Shown in pieces: positions 50,866 to 58,876 of a stretch of 64,000 nucleotides of DNA. Source of the stretch: a virus (taxonomy: Duplodnaviria; Heunggongvirae; Uroviricota; Caudoviricetes); IMG/VR virus record IMGVR_UViG_2799112330_000002, positions 282,107-346,106 of that record; one strand, written 5' to 3'. The notes under the pieces were generated by a model, which made no database searches, was not told the DNA's origin, and saw only the letters and a list, made by a program, of their open reading frames with translations. The position numbers and the translations under genes were made by a program. Position 1 is the stretch's first letter, and each line of letters begins with the position of its first letter.

Positions 50866-51174
50866 ATGAATAATACCATTACTGAAGAAATTCTATTGAA
50901 TGCAGGATTTGAACATCTTGTACATGAAACTGATTTGATGGCTGGATATCAAAAAGAAGCTTTTGGAATAAATAACTATAAGGTATTTAGAATATGGACT
51001 AATGATTATCATCCCATTAAATTAGACATAGATAATGGATGGAACAATAGAGGAACGCTTTGGCATTTACATATAGATAATGATAGTTGTGAAACTATAG
51101 GTAGTGCAGATATTGATACCGTTGAACAATTCAATAAGTTAATGGAAGTATTTGATAGTAAGTTTAGATTATGA
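50866..51174 (+). CDS. hypothetical protein
   Basis: 102 aa ORF in the operon. Confidence 0.7.
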   Translation: MNNTITEEILLNAGFEHLVHETDLMAGYQKEAFGINNYKVFRIWTNDYHPIKLDIDNGWNNRGTLWHLHIDNDSCETIGSADIDTVEQFNKLMEVFDSKFRL

Positions 51175-51500
51175 ATATATTAAAGGCAATTAGAAACATA
51201 TATTATAAGAATATCTTAGGGAAGTATGTCTTGACAGATATTGAATATATGTTGTGGAGGAATATTTGTAGGAAGGCTTGTCAAGGCTATGCGCAATGGT
51301 TTAGTAAGACAAGAGGTGATGATGTTTGCGGCCCATGGATAGCTAATTGTACAACTGAAGAAGGAGATCTATTAAATAAGATATATCATTATCTATATAA
51401 AGATGATCTATGGGTTGCCTTGCCTCTATCAACAGCACAAATCAATTATATGTTATATGAAGACATAAAAGACAAAGTCATATATGAAAGCAAGAGATAA
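51171..51500 (+). CDS. hypothetical protein
   Basis: ATGA-coupled ORF. Confidence 0.7.
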   Translation: MNILKAIRNIYYKNILGKYVLTDIEYMLWRNICRKACQGYAQWFSKTRGDDVCGPWIANCTTEEGDLLNKIYHYLYKDDLWVALPLSTAQINYMLYEDIKDKVIYESKR

Positions 51501-51687
51501 AGAACTGTTACAACATTATTTTCATTGCCCAAGCTGTAATAGTTTTGTACAATTTACGGTAGAAGATTTAATGGATGATGAAAAAACATTAATTTGCCCT
51601 TCTTGTGGCTTGCATATCAATATTGATCATAGACAGGCTTCAAAGGATATAATAGATAAAATCAATAAATTAAAGAGTTATGATTAA
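51484..51687 (+). CDS. zinc-ribbon protein
   Basis: CPSC...CPSC. Confidence 0.75.
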   Translation: MKARDKELLQHYFHCPSCNSFVQFTVEDLMDDEKTLICPSCGLHINIDHRQASKDIIDKINKLKSYD

Positions 51688-51886
51688 AGTAATAGATGTA
51701 GAATTAGCTGGTGAAGAATGGATCAAAGAATCCGTTGGTGAATCCAAATATTGGACTAATAAAGTCATTGATAAGTTTATTGCTGATGGGTGGAATATAA
51801 GGGATTGGAAGATTACTAATCAGGATATTCTATTTATTCTTGAAAAACCTTAATTATTTTTAATTAAATATTAGTTTAATTTAATA

Positions 51887-52168
51887 ATGAGAAGATTTAC
51901 AAATTTTATAATGGAAACGAAAGGTGATCCTATTGATGAACAATGGATTAATGATGATAAACCAGTAATGACTAAAGATGGGCGTCCAGCAATTATTGAA
52001 AAGGTCAATTATGATGAAGTTCCAAATATTATAACAGGCAAAGTAAAATGGAATGACACATTACTTGATTATGAATGGGATGATTCCGGTATATGTTTGA
52101 AAGCATTAGACAGATTAGGCAATCCTAAAAAGCCAGATGAAGCAGATAACTTAGTAAAAGGAGCATAG
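51887..52168 (+). CDS. hypothetical protein with CTS-like leader
   Basis: MRRFTNFIME; KPVMTKDGRP motif; motif B at 51854-51864. Confidence 0.75.
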   Translation: MRRFTNFIMETKGDPIDEQWINDDKPVMTKDGRPAIIEKVNYDEVPNIITGKVKWNDTLLDYEWDDSGICLKALDRLGNPKKPDEADNLVKGA

Positions 52169-52172
52169 ACAT

Positions 52173-52487
52173 ATGTTTGAAACAGATTTGAATTATATGG
52201 GACTGGCATCTTATAATGAATTGATTAGATTGAAAGTTGTTCCAGATATCCCTAAAGATGAATTGACTGAAGAAGATCTTACAAAAGACAATGAAATAAT
52301 ATATAATAAACTTGGAGACTATCTTTTGAATCAGATATTAGAATATAAAGATGGGCATGTTCAAAAGATAGACTACAAGTTTGATGAAACAGGTGGATTT
52401 GTACAATTGATTCTCATATTAGCATTATGCTATATAAACAATATGGATCTTAATAACTATTTCAATCTACCTATTAAACTTAAATAA
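52173..52487 (+). CDS. hypothetical protein
   Basis: C-terminal C...N.DLN.YF.L shared with the next gene. Confidence 0.7.
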   Translation: MFETDLNYMGLASYNELIRLKVVPDIPKDELTEEDLTKDNEIIYNKLGDYLLNQILEYKDGHVQKIDYKFDETGGFVQLILILALCYINNMDLNNYFNLPIKLK

Positions 52488-52501
52488 AAGATATATAATA
52501 T

Positions 52502-52747
52502 ATGGAAAGCAATACACGTATAAATTTAGATCACGTTTGTAAAGAGTTTTCAAATAAAATCTATCAAAACTGTGAAGAAGACATTTTGAATGATATGTTT
52601 GATACTATGGAAAAAATTGGTATAATTGGAAAAGAAAACTTTACAAATGATGATGACTATCTGTTTGTCAAGTTGTTGAAATCAATTTTCGCATATTGTG
52701 GTGAAAAAAATATAGATTTGAATAAATATTTTTCACTTTCTGTTTGA
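52502..52747 (+). CDS. hypothetical protein
   Basis: C-terminal CGEKNIDLNKYFSL. Confidence 0.7.
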   Translation: MESNTRINLDHVCKEFSNKIYQNCEEDILNDMFDTMEKIGIIGKENFTNDDDYLFVKLLKSIFAYCGEKNIDLNKYFSLSV

Positions 52748-52839
52748 ATTTATTTATTGTATTTATCTATATTTAATATATATTAAAACTTTTTAATAAA
52801 TAATAATTTTTGTTTAACCCTTTTAAAAATTTAGAATCA

Positions 52840-53946
52840 ATGAGAAAGGAAATTAACACCAATAAACTTATTACATTTAGTGATATTGAAGGTGATGTAT
52901 TTAGTGGTTTTAAGAATGACAAAGAGAGAATTAAGTACATCTCTAGAAATTATGCTAATATGAATATCGCTAAAGCATTCGCAACTTTTTATAATACTCC
53001 TATTGCACAGGATACTAAGCATTCATCTGTTGTCAATAATGTCATCAATATTGAGCTTGGTCAAGTCTATGTTGGCAATGTTGTATCTTTCAATAAGACC
53101 TCAATGACATTCTCAATTCCTGGAGTAAAGAACGAGCTTTATTCTAATGAGAACTTCACCACATGCTTTGATAGCATTAATGCTTATCTTGCTACACATA
53201 ACAATATGCTTGCCTTTGAGGTAAGGGAGAAGAAGGACAATAAGTATTATGTATCCGTTATTCAGGGATATTATAGGATCTGGACACATCGTATTTTGAA
53301 GTCTATTGAGAAGATGCAGTCAATTCATGTATATATTGATGATCTTGTAAAGGGTGGTTATATTTGTCATACCAATATTGATGAGTTGAATGAACTTACT
53401 GGTCGTAACTATACTCATTCAGTATTCATTCCCGGTTCACATATTGTATTGAACATTGAGCATGACTTTGAGAAGTGGATTGGAGAGGAAGTAGACATCA
53501 TTCCTCAGAAGTTTGTAGACTTTAAGACTGTTGGGTATGGTCCTAATAAGTTGATTGAGAAGTCTTTGGTTGGATCTCGTAAGCTGGTACTTCAGGTTAC
53601 TGGTATGAAGAACTTATATGACATCTATAATAACTTTGAGATGCTTAATAAGCTTAAGGAATCTGGAAAGAATGTTAGTGTAGAATCCCAGATATTTGAT
53701 GGTACTGTAACTGGTATTATCAATTCATCAAAGAAGACTGGTGCATTCGTAGAATTGGATGGACAATATATTACTGGTCTTATGCCAGTTGATTCATTTG
53801 ATACTCTCAACTACAAGCCTGGTGATCATGTAAGAGTCACTATCAAGGAGTTTGAAGTACAGGATGGTAAGGATCCATTCATTATGAACAAACAGGGTAA
53901 TGTTGTAAAATGCAACTGTCGCCCAGTATTTGAACTAGTAGTTTAA
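52840..53946 (+). CDS. multi-S1-domain protein, ribosomal protein bS1-like
   Basis: S1-like repeats LGQVYVGNVVS, KGGYIC...VFIPGSHI...IGEE...LVGSRK and FDGTVTG...GAFVELD...GLM...KPGDHVRV; ATG 52840 preferred over TTG 52810. Confidence 0.75.
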   Translation: MRKEINTNKLITFSDIEGDVFSGFKNDKERIKYISRNYANMNIAKAFATFYNTPIAQDTKHSSVVNNVINIELGQVYVGNVVSFNKTSMTFSIPGVKNELYSNENFTTCFDSINAYLATHNNMLAFEVREKKDNKYYVSVIQGYYRIWTHRILKSIEKMQSIHVYIDDLVKGGYICHTNIDELNELTGRNYTHSVFIPGSHIVLNIEHDFEKWIGEEVDIIPQKFVDFKTVGYGPNKLIEKSLVGSRKLVLQVTGMKNLYDIYNNFEMLNKLKESGKNVSVESQIFDGTVTGIINSSKKTGAFVELDGQYITGLMPVDSFDTLNYKPGDHVRVTIKEFEVQDGKDPFIMNKQGNVVKCNCRPVFELVV

Positions 53947-53976
53947 TTGATTGTATAATTCATATAATTTCTTTAT

Positions 53977-54006
53977 AATGGAAGACTGTTAAGTCTTCCA
54001 TTTTTT
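53977..54006 (+). terminator. intrinsic terminator
   Basis: AATGGAAGACT-gtta-AGTCTTCCATT followed by a T tract. Confidence 0.9.
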
Positions 54007-54040
54007 GTATATTTTTAATTAAAATATATATATCTTTCAT

Positions 54041-54220
54041 ATGATAACAAAAGAAATATTTCTACAGTTTGTATGTCTTCAGAATTCAGGAAAATATAAT
54101 ATCATAACTGACAAATGGCAGATCATAGATATCTTGAATATAACTGAAGTCAAATATAATGACATATTAAAGAACTATTCGTATTATTATAGTAAATATG
54201 TTCAAGAAACTATAGATTAG
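54041..54220 (+). CDS. small hypothetical protein (59 aa, absent from the ORF track)
   Basis: hand translation MITKEIFLQFVCLQNSGKYNII... Confidence 0.6.
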   Translation: MITKEIFLQFVCLQNSGKYNIITDKWQIIDILNITEVKYNDILKNYSYYYSKYVQETID

Positions 54221-54221
54221 C

Positions 54222-54250
54222 ATTGAATATTCTGTATAATGAACTATATT
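54222..54250 (+). promoter_or_regulatory. promoter motif A
   Basis: ATTGAA-tattctgtataatga-ACTATATT. Confidence 0.8.
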
Positions 54251-54293
54251 AATATTGTCAACAAATATTATATATCATTAATTAGTGAAGAAT

Positions 54294-54458
54294 ATGGAAT
54301 GGTACGAAAAGTTTGAAAAGGTTATTGAACTTCTTGATAAAGATAAAGTTCTTCAGGAAGTTGCAAATTATTTTCCTGCAGGTGAGATTGATAAATTCAC
54401 TGAATCTTTAATTGCTGCATATGATTTGGAGAATGAGTTTGAAGAAAATAATCAATAA
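54294..54458 (+). CDS. small acidic protein (54 aa, absent from the ORF track)
   Basis: MEWYEKFEKVIELL...; downstream of motif A. Confidence 0.65.
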   Translation: MEWYEKFEKVIELLDKDKVLQEVANYFPAGEIDKFTESLIAAYDLENEFEENNQ

Positions 54459-54483
54459 TTAAAATATATTAGGAGGAAATACT

Positions 54484-54609
54484 ATGTTTATTAGATGTCC
54501 AAAGTGTAAGAAAGATACACCAGTTATCATTAATGATGCTCTTGATGAAAATGGTGAAGTATTTAAGTGTGAACATTGTGGCTATTTGTTTAGATTTACT
54601 GATAAATAG
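54484..54609 (+). CDS. zinc-ribbon microprotein (41 aa, absent from the ORF track)
   Basis: CPKC...CEHC; AGGAGG 7 nt upstream. Confidence 0.75.
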   Translation: MFIRCPKCKKDTPVIINDALDENGEVFKCEHCGYLFRFTDK

Positions 54610-54619
54610 TCTATGATCT

Positions 54620-54648
54620 ATTGAATTTTTCTGATGAATGACTATATT
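54620..54648 (+). promoter_or_regulatory. promoter motif A
   Basis: ATTGAA-tttttctgatgaatg-ACTATATT. Confidence 0.8.
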
Positions 54649-54683
54649 AAATATGTAATTATTAATTTTTAAACTTTATAGTT

Positions 54684-55094
54684 ATGAGAAACTGGATACA
54701 TTTCAACGAGTTAAATGAGGCAATGAACTGCCACAGGTCCGAAAAGAATAATCTTACTGCTGGTATGTGTGCAACAATGTTTTGTGGAACTGACAGGTAT
54801 GCAATGGTAGTTACAAAGGTTACTTCAAACAAGACTATTCGGGTGGCTCATATCAAGGATGAAGACATGGAAAAGATCACCACAGTTGATGGAATTCAGT
54901 ATCTTCCAAATGAAGTGATCAATGAATATCTTTCTGAGGATCATCCTGACAAGTGGGGTTATTGGGGATATCGTACCGGTACAACTTATACACTTCGTAA
55001 GAATGGCCGATGGATGCCAAAGGGACAGGACATGTGGGGTACTTCTTCAATTCATGTTGGTCATGCAGAAAACTACAGAGATCCATCATTCTAA
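54684..55094 (+). CDS. hypothetical phage protein
   Basis: GMCATM..GTDRYA..V...YTLRKNGRW pattern. Confidence 0.8.
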   Translation: MRNWIHFNELNEAMNCHRSEKNNLTAGMCATMFCGTDRYAMVVTKVTSNKTIRVAHIKDEDMEKITTVDGIQYLPNEVINEYLSEDHPDKWGYWGYRTGTTYTLRKNGRWMPKGQDMWGTSSIHVGHAENYRDPSF

Positions 55095-55122
55095 TAATCA
55101 ACATATAAATAATATATATAAT

Positions 55123-55326
55123 ATGATTACATTAATTACAAAATGCCCGCAGTGTGGCAAGGAAAACGAAATTCATGTTAATGAGCATGACTATGAGAAC
55201 TATAAGAATGGAGATTTAGTACAAAATGCTTTTCCATATCTTTCATTAGCAGACCGAGAAATGCTTATCTCTGGTGTATGCCCAACATGTTGGAAAAAGA
55301 TTTTTGATATTACAGGAGCGGAATAG
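55123..55326 (+). CDS. small Cys-rich protein
   Basis: CPQCG...REMLISGVCPTCW; start moved to ATG 55123. Confidence 0.75.
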   Translation: MITLITKCPQCGKENEIHVNEHDYENYKNGDLVQNAFPYLSLADREMLISGVCPTCWKKIFDITGAE

Positions 55327-55347
55327 AATAACAAATATCACAAAATA

Positions 55348-55373
55348 AAAGAGGGTAGACAACTATCCTCTTT
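55348..55373. terminator. bidirectional terminator
   Basis: AAAGAGGGTAG-acaa-CTATCCTCTTT between convergent genes. Confidence 0.8.
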
Positions 55374-55626
55374 GTTTGTATGAATATGTATCATAGTCTT
55401 CTTCTAAATACTCTATACTATATCTGAACAATCTACTATTTGGGCAATTATGATTATATGGGAAATTTGAATAATTTGTTGGTGGTCTAGAAAACTTATC
55501 TGGAATCCATGGGCATCTACCATTCTCTTTATTCCAGAACATACAGTTCCAACAAATTTTGAATTTTTTGTCTATACCTAATTTTGATTTTGGTTTTAGA
55601 TCTGCTTTCTTTATTCGTTGAGCCAC
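55363..55626 (-). CDS. hypothetical Cys-containing protein
   Basis: CWNC..W...C; non-ATG start. Confidence 0.55.
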   Translation of the reverse strand: MAQRIKKADLKPKSKLGIDKKFKICWNCMFWNKENGRCPWIPDKFSRPPTNYSNFPYNHNCPNSRLFRYSIEYLEEDYDTYSYKQRG

Positions 55627-55628
55627 AA

Positions 55629-56258
55629 TTAGATCTCAATAACACCTGACTGTGGAAGCCATCTGTTATTTTTTGTGTATTTCTTATGTGGTGTTGGATT
55701 AGGAGTTGGTTCAGGTTTTTCTTCTATAAGTGTCTCTTGTGTATTATTGTCTTCTTCAAATGATGCATAATAGAATCCTGAGAATTCATTTGTCATATAT
55801 TCTGTTGTATTGAATACTAATACTTCTTTCTTATATTTCTTGCACCATTCAAAATCATTTTTTGTTCCATGAGATTTGCCATCCCATATAGCAAGACAAA
55901 CATCACAATTTGCTATGATGTCCTCATTACGTCTAAATCCTGCAGATTTCCCATATTTTTCCCATTCTGCTTTGAAGATCTTTACTGGAATATTGTTTTT
56001 CTTTGCCCAATTCTCTCCAAATGAATCAGGACCTTTTGCTCCACCAGAGACTATTTCTTTTGGAGCACCAAACATATATTTGAATACATTGAATATTCTT
56101 TCAACAAGTTTCTCATCAGTAATAGATCTACTGCCAACAATTGCTAATCTTATTTCTGACTGTTTGTTCTTACTAGCCAATATTTGATACATGCCAGCCA
56201 AGTCTGTTATTACTCCATTAGTAAAATCTATTTCATATAGTCTTTGAAAATTCTCCAT
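55629..56258 (-). CDS. SLOG superfamily protein (YspA/DUF2493-like)
   Basis: LAIVGSR...IVSGGAKGPD...AEWEKYGKSAGFRRN...AIWDGKSHGT. Confidence 0.88.
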   Translation of the reverse strand: MENFQRLYEIDFTNGVITDLAGMYQILASKNKQSEIRLAIVGSRSITDEKLVERIFNVFKYMFGAPKEIVSGGAKGPDSFGENWAKKNNIPVKIFKAEWEKYGKSAGFRRNEDIIANCDVCLAIWDGKSHGTKNDFEWCKKYKKEVLVFNTTEYMTNEFSGFYYASFEEDNNTQETLIEEKPEPTPNPTPHKKYTKNNRWLPQSGVIEI

Positions 56259-56299
56259 AATAGTATAGTATATTTATTAAAAATTATATTTATAAAAAT

Positions 56300-56357
56300 G
56301 CGGATAAACCAAAGCAAGCTTAATAGAACATATTAACACTCCCAATGATTTACCCGC
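56300..56357 (-). other. long imperfect intergenic RNA hairpin
   Basis: - strand GCGGGUAAAUCA pairs with UGGUUUAUCCGC (12 bp with GU) around an inner UUAAUA/UAUUAA stem. Confidence 0.6.
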
Positions 56358-56374
56358 TAGAGATATATTCGCCA

Positions 56375-56908
56375 TTACTCAGATCGTACCTCAACTGGAG
56401 CAACACCATTTTGGTTAGCTGAAGCAGGATCCAAAATCTGTAGTCTATCAAGGATGATATTATGTTTTGACGCATTATCCCAGATTTGTTCTGTCAATAC
56501 TGAATATTCATCTCTTAAATCTTCAAAAAACTTGTTGATTGCGACAACCTTCTTCCATTCGTCATATCCTTCAAACTTCATTTCACCAAGTGTTCTTAAT
56601 GTTCCATCAAACATTGGATATAATACAGTCGCTGGACGTGTCTTAGGATCCCAGAAGTCATACATAGTAATCAAACCAACAGTATATTGCCAAGTAACTG
56701 CTTGCTTATTCAAAAAATATCTGATAGCCTCAGCAACTTCTTTATATCCTTTTGTTGGTAATTTGAATTGATGCTTTGCAATCTTTGTATTAAGTTCATT
56801 GGCTTCATCTATAACGCCCTTTTCAATTTCTAAAACCTCTTTCAAAGATTTAGAATCAATTAATTTCTTATATTCTTCTAATTCTTTTTGTTTTGCTAAT
56901 TGATCCAT
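56375..56908 (-). CDS. hypothetical protein
   Basis: 177 aa ORF. Confidence 0.8.
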   Translation of the reverse strand: MDQLAKQKELEEYKKLIDSKSLKEVLEIEKGVIDEANELNTKIAKHQFKLPTKGYKEVAEAIRYFLNKQAVTWQYTVGLITMYDFWDPKTRPATVLYPMFDGTLRTLGEMKFEGYDEWKKVVAINKFFEDLRDEYSVLTEQIWDNASKHNIILDRLQILDPASANQNGVAPVEVRSE

Positions 56909-56931
56909 AAATTTTTATAGTCTATATATAT

Positions 56932-57459
56932 TTATAACAAAATTATTCCTATTATGATTAATGCAATTACTAAATATATTCCAAGGTGAATCATCATTTT
57001 CTTGAAACATCTGCTCATATATTTTCTAGATATCATATCAAATACTATGAGGTAATTGTCATAATTTTCCGGTCCTACATGAGTAATGTCTAATGTAATA
57101 TATTCATACAGATTATTTATTTTGAACAATGAATTCAAAAGTGACATTTGTCTGTAGATCCAGTTCTTTATATATTCAATGTCATTTGTCTTATCATCAT
57201 CTAATTCAATGATCATTGATGAAATGTCTACTTTACCATTGATGTCTATTATTGGATTGATAATTCCATATAATCGTCCAATCCAATCTTTAGACAAATC
57301 ACATTTGATATATTTTTTAATAAGATCTTTGAATTCATTTGAATAGAATGCCTCACTTATCAAATTATAGTCCTTTGCATAGTAATAGATAGATTCCAAA
57401 AATGCTAATATCTTGAATATCAAAAAATTTGATAATATTTTCTTTATAAGCTTCATCAA
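56932..57459 (-). CDS. hypothetical protein with a C-terminal membrane anchor
   Basis: hydrophobic C-terminus. Confidence 0.75.
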   Translation of the reverse strand: MMKLIKKILSNFLIFKILAFLESIYYYAKDYNLISEAFYSNEFKDLIKKYIKCDLSKDWIGRLYGIINPIIDINGKVDISSMIIELDDDKTNDIEYIKNWIYRQMSLLNSLFKINNLYEYITLDITHVGPENYDNYLIVFDMISRKYMSRCFKKMMIHLGIYLVIALIIIGIILL

Positions 57460-57561
57460 AATAAATACATAAATTTATTTTTATATAATATAAAATAGAA
57501 AAAGATACAATTCCTATTCAATTAAAAAATAACAAAATTTTTAAATTTTTTATATAATTTT

Positions 57562-57590
57562 ATTGAATTTTTTAGAATTTTTTCTATTTT
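57562..57590 (+). promoter_or_regulatory. promoter motif A variant upstream of the sigma gene
   Basis: ATTGAA-N15-TCTATTTT. Confidence 0.6.
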
Positions 57591-57670
57591 TATATTGAAA
57601 CATAAAGTCTATTCAGTTAGACAATTGTTGGATGTTAAAATAAAATGTATAAAATAAATATAAAGCGAAT

Positions 57671-58876
57671 ATGAAAAATTTTTCTAATTTTAATGAAGCA
57701 AAGGATTCTAAATCTTTGAATGTACAGAAAGACACAATTAACTATATTTCTGCAGATGATTTGAAGAAATATTTGGAGATTGCATCCAAATTCATTTCTG
57801 ATGATGCTAAAGAAGTTATCAACTGGTTGATTATCAATAATGAAACATATCTTCAAGATTTGGATCCACAGTTGCAAGCAGACAATGCATTAGAATATTT
57901 CTACAACAAGGGTCTACCATCAGATCCACATTTGAAAGAACTTTATCAGGCAATTACTCGTATTAGTAGAAATGAACGTTTGTTAGAAATCCCAGTATTT
58001 CAGACAAAGGAACAATTTGAATCAATTATTACAAAGAAGATTTCACCAGATGAGATTCTTCTTGATTTGAAGTCAGAAGCAGGCAGAAACAAAATTGCCA
58101 AGCAGTATGAGCCATTGATCCATAAGATCATCAGACAGTGGTTCAACAAGTCATCTCTTGGTTATGACGATCTTATTTCTGTGGCTTATGAAGCCCTTAC
58201 TTATGCTATGAATTCATTTGGTAAACGTAAAGTACGTGATGCTAATGGAAAATGGGTTGAAGCAGAAAAGGAAGAGAACAGTAAGTCAGCAAACTATTCA
58301 TTTACTCAGTATGCTGCTTATTGTATCAATAATGGTATCAAGGATGAGATCAAGCATAAGTCACATCTTGTAAGAGTTCCTGCATCACAGCAGAAAAAAG
58401 AAAGAGATCAGAAGGGACATAACACTAAGTCATATGCGGTATCTGGATCTCAGTATGTTGTGCATGACAAAGATGGAAAGGGAAAGACATTATTTGATTT
58501 CATTGACAATGGAGAAAATGGCAACAAAGGTATTGATCAGGAAGATCTCAATATGCTATGGAAAACAGTCTACAGTAAGTTGAATGACAACTTTAGTGAA
58601 AGAGACCTTAAGATCTTCTATTCATTATTTGGTCTTAACGGTTATGCACAGGTTAAAGCTAAGAAACTGGCTAAAGACAATGGTATTGCAGAATCATCAA
58701 TTACAGCTATCAAGATGAAAGTTATCAAATTCATCAAGAATGACAAGACATTATGGATGGCATTCAATGAAATATTGAATATTGTTGGTGAGTCTAGACA
58801 AGAAAAATATAATGAAGAAGATCAGTATTCTGAAGCTCATAGTATGCCAAATATATATAATATGAGAAGTCTATAA
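57671..58876 (+). CDS. phage sigma-70 family RNA polymerase sigma factor with N-terminal extension and CTS-like leader
   Basis: region 2 (QYEPLIHKI...YDDLISVAYEALTYAMNSF; FTQYAAYCINNGI); region 4 HTH (FSERDLKIF..LFGL...KLAKDNGIAESSITAIKMK); leader MKNFSNFNE. Confidence 0.85.
   Translation: MKNFSNFNEAKDSKSLNVQKDTINYISADDLKKYLEIASKFISDDAKEVINWLIINNETYLQDLDPQLQADNALEYFYNKGLPSDPHLKELYQAITRISRNERLLEIPVFQTKEQFESIITKKISPDEILLDLKSEAGRNKIAKQYEPLIHKIIRQWFNKSSLGYDDLISVAYEALTYAMNSFGKRKVRDANGKWVEAEKEENSKSANYSFTQYAAYCINNGIKDEIKHKSHLVRVPASQQKKERDQKGHNTKSYAVSGSQYVVHDKDGKGKTLFDFIDNGENGNKGIDQEDLNMLWKTVYSKLNDNFSERDLKIFYSLFGLNGYAQVKAKKLAKDNGIAESSITAIKMKVIKFIKNDKTLWMAFNEILNIVGESRQEKYNEEDQYSEAHSMPNIYNMRSL

Noticed and set aside
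52810-52839. TTG start for the S1-domain gene
   Set aside because: This stretch matches the reused 5' leader found before 47211 and 48870, so ATG 52840 is the more likely start.
54471-54486. AGGAGG as a unique SD in an otherwise SD-less genome
   Set aside because: SD-like AAAGGAG/AAAGGTG elements also precede starts at 5549 and 7135, so it is not unique.
53947-54683. Apparent non-coding gap as a tmRNA or tRNA locus
   Set aside because: It is filled by a terminator, three micro-ORFs and two promoters. No acceptor stem, T-loop or CCA end was seen here or elsewhere by eye.
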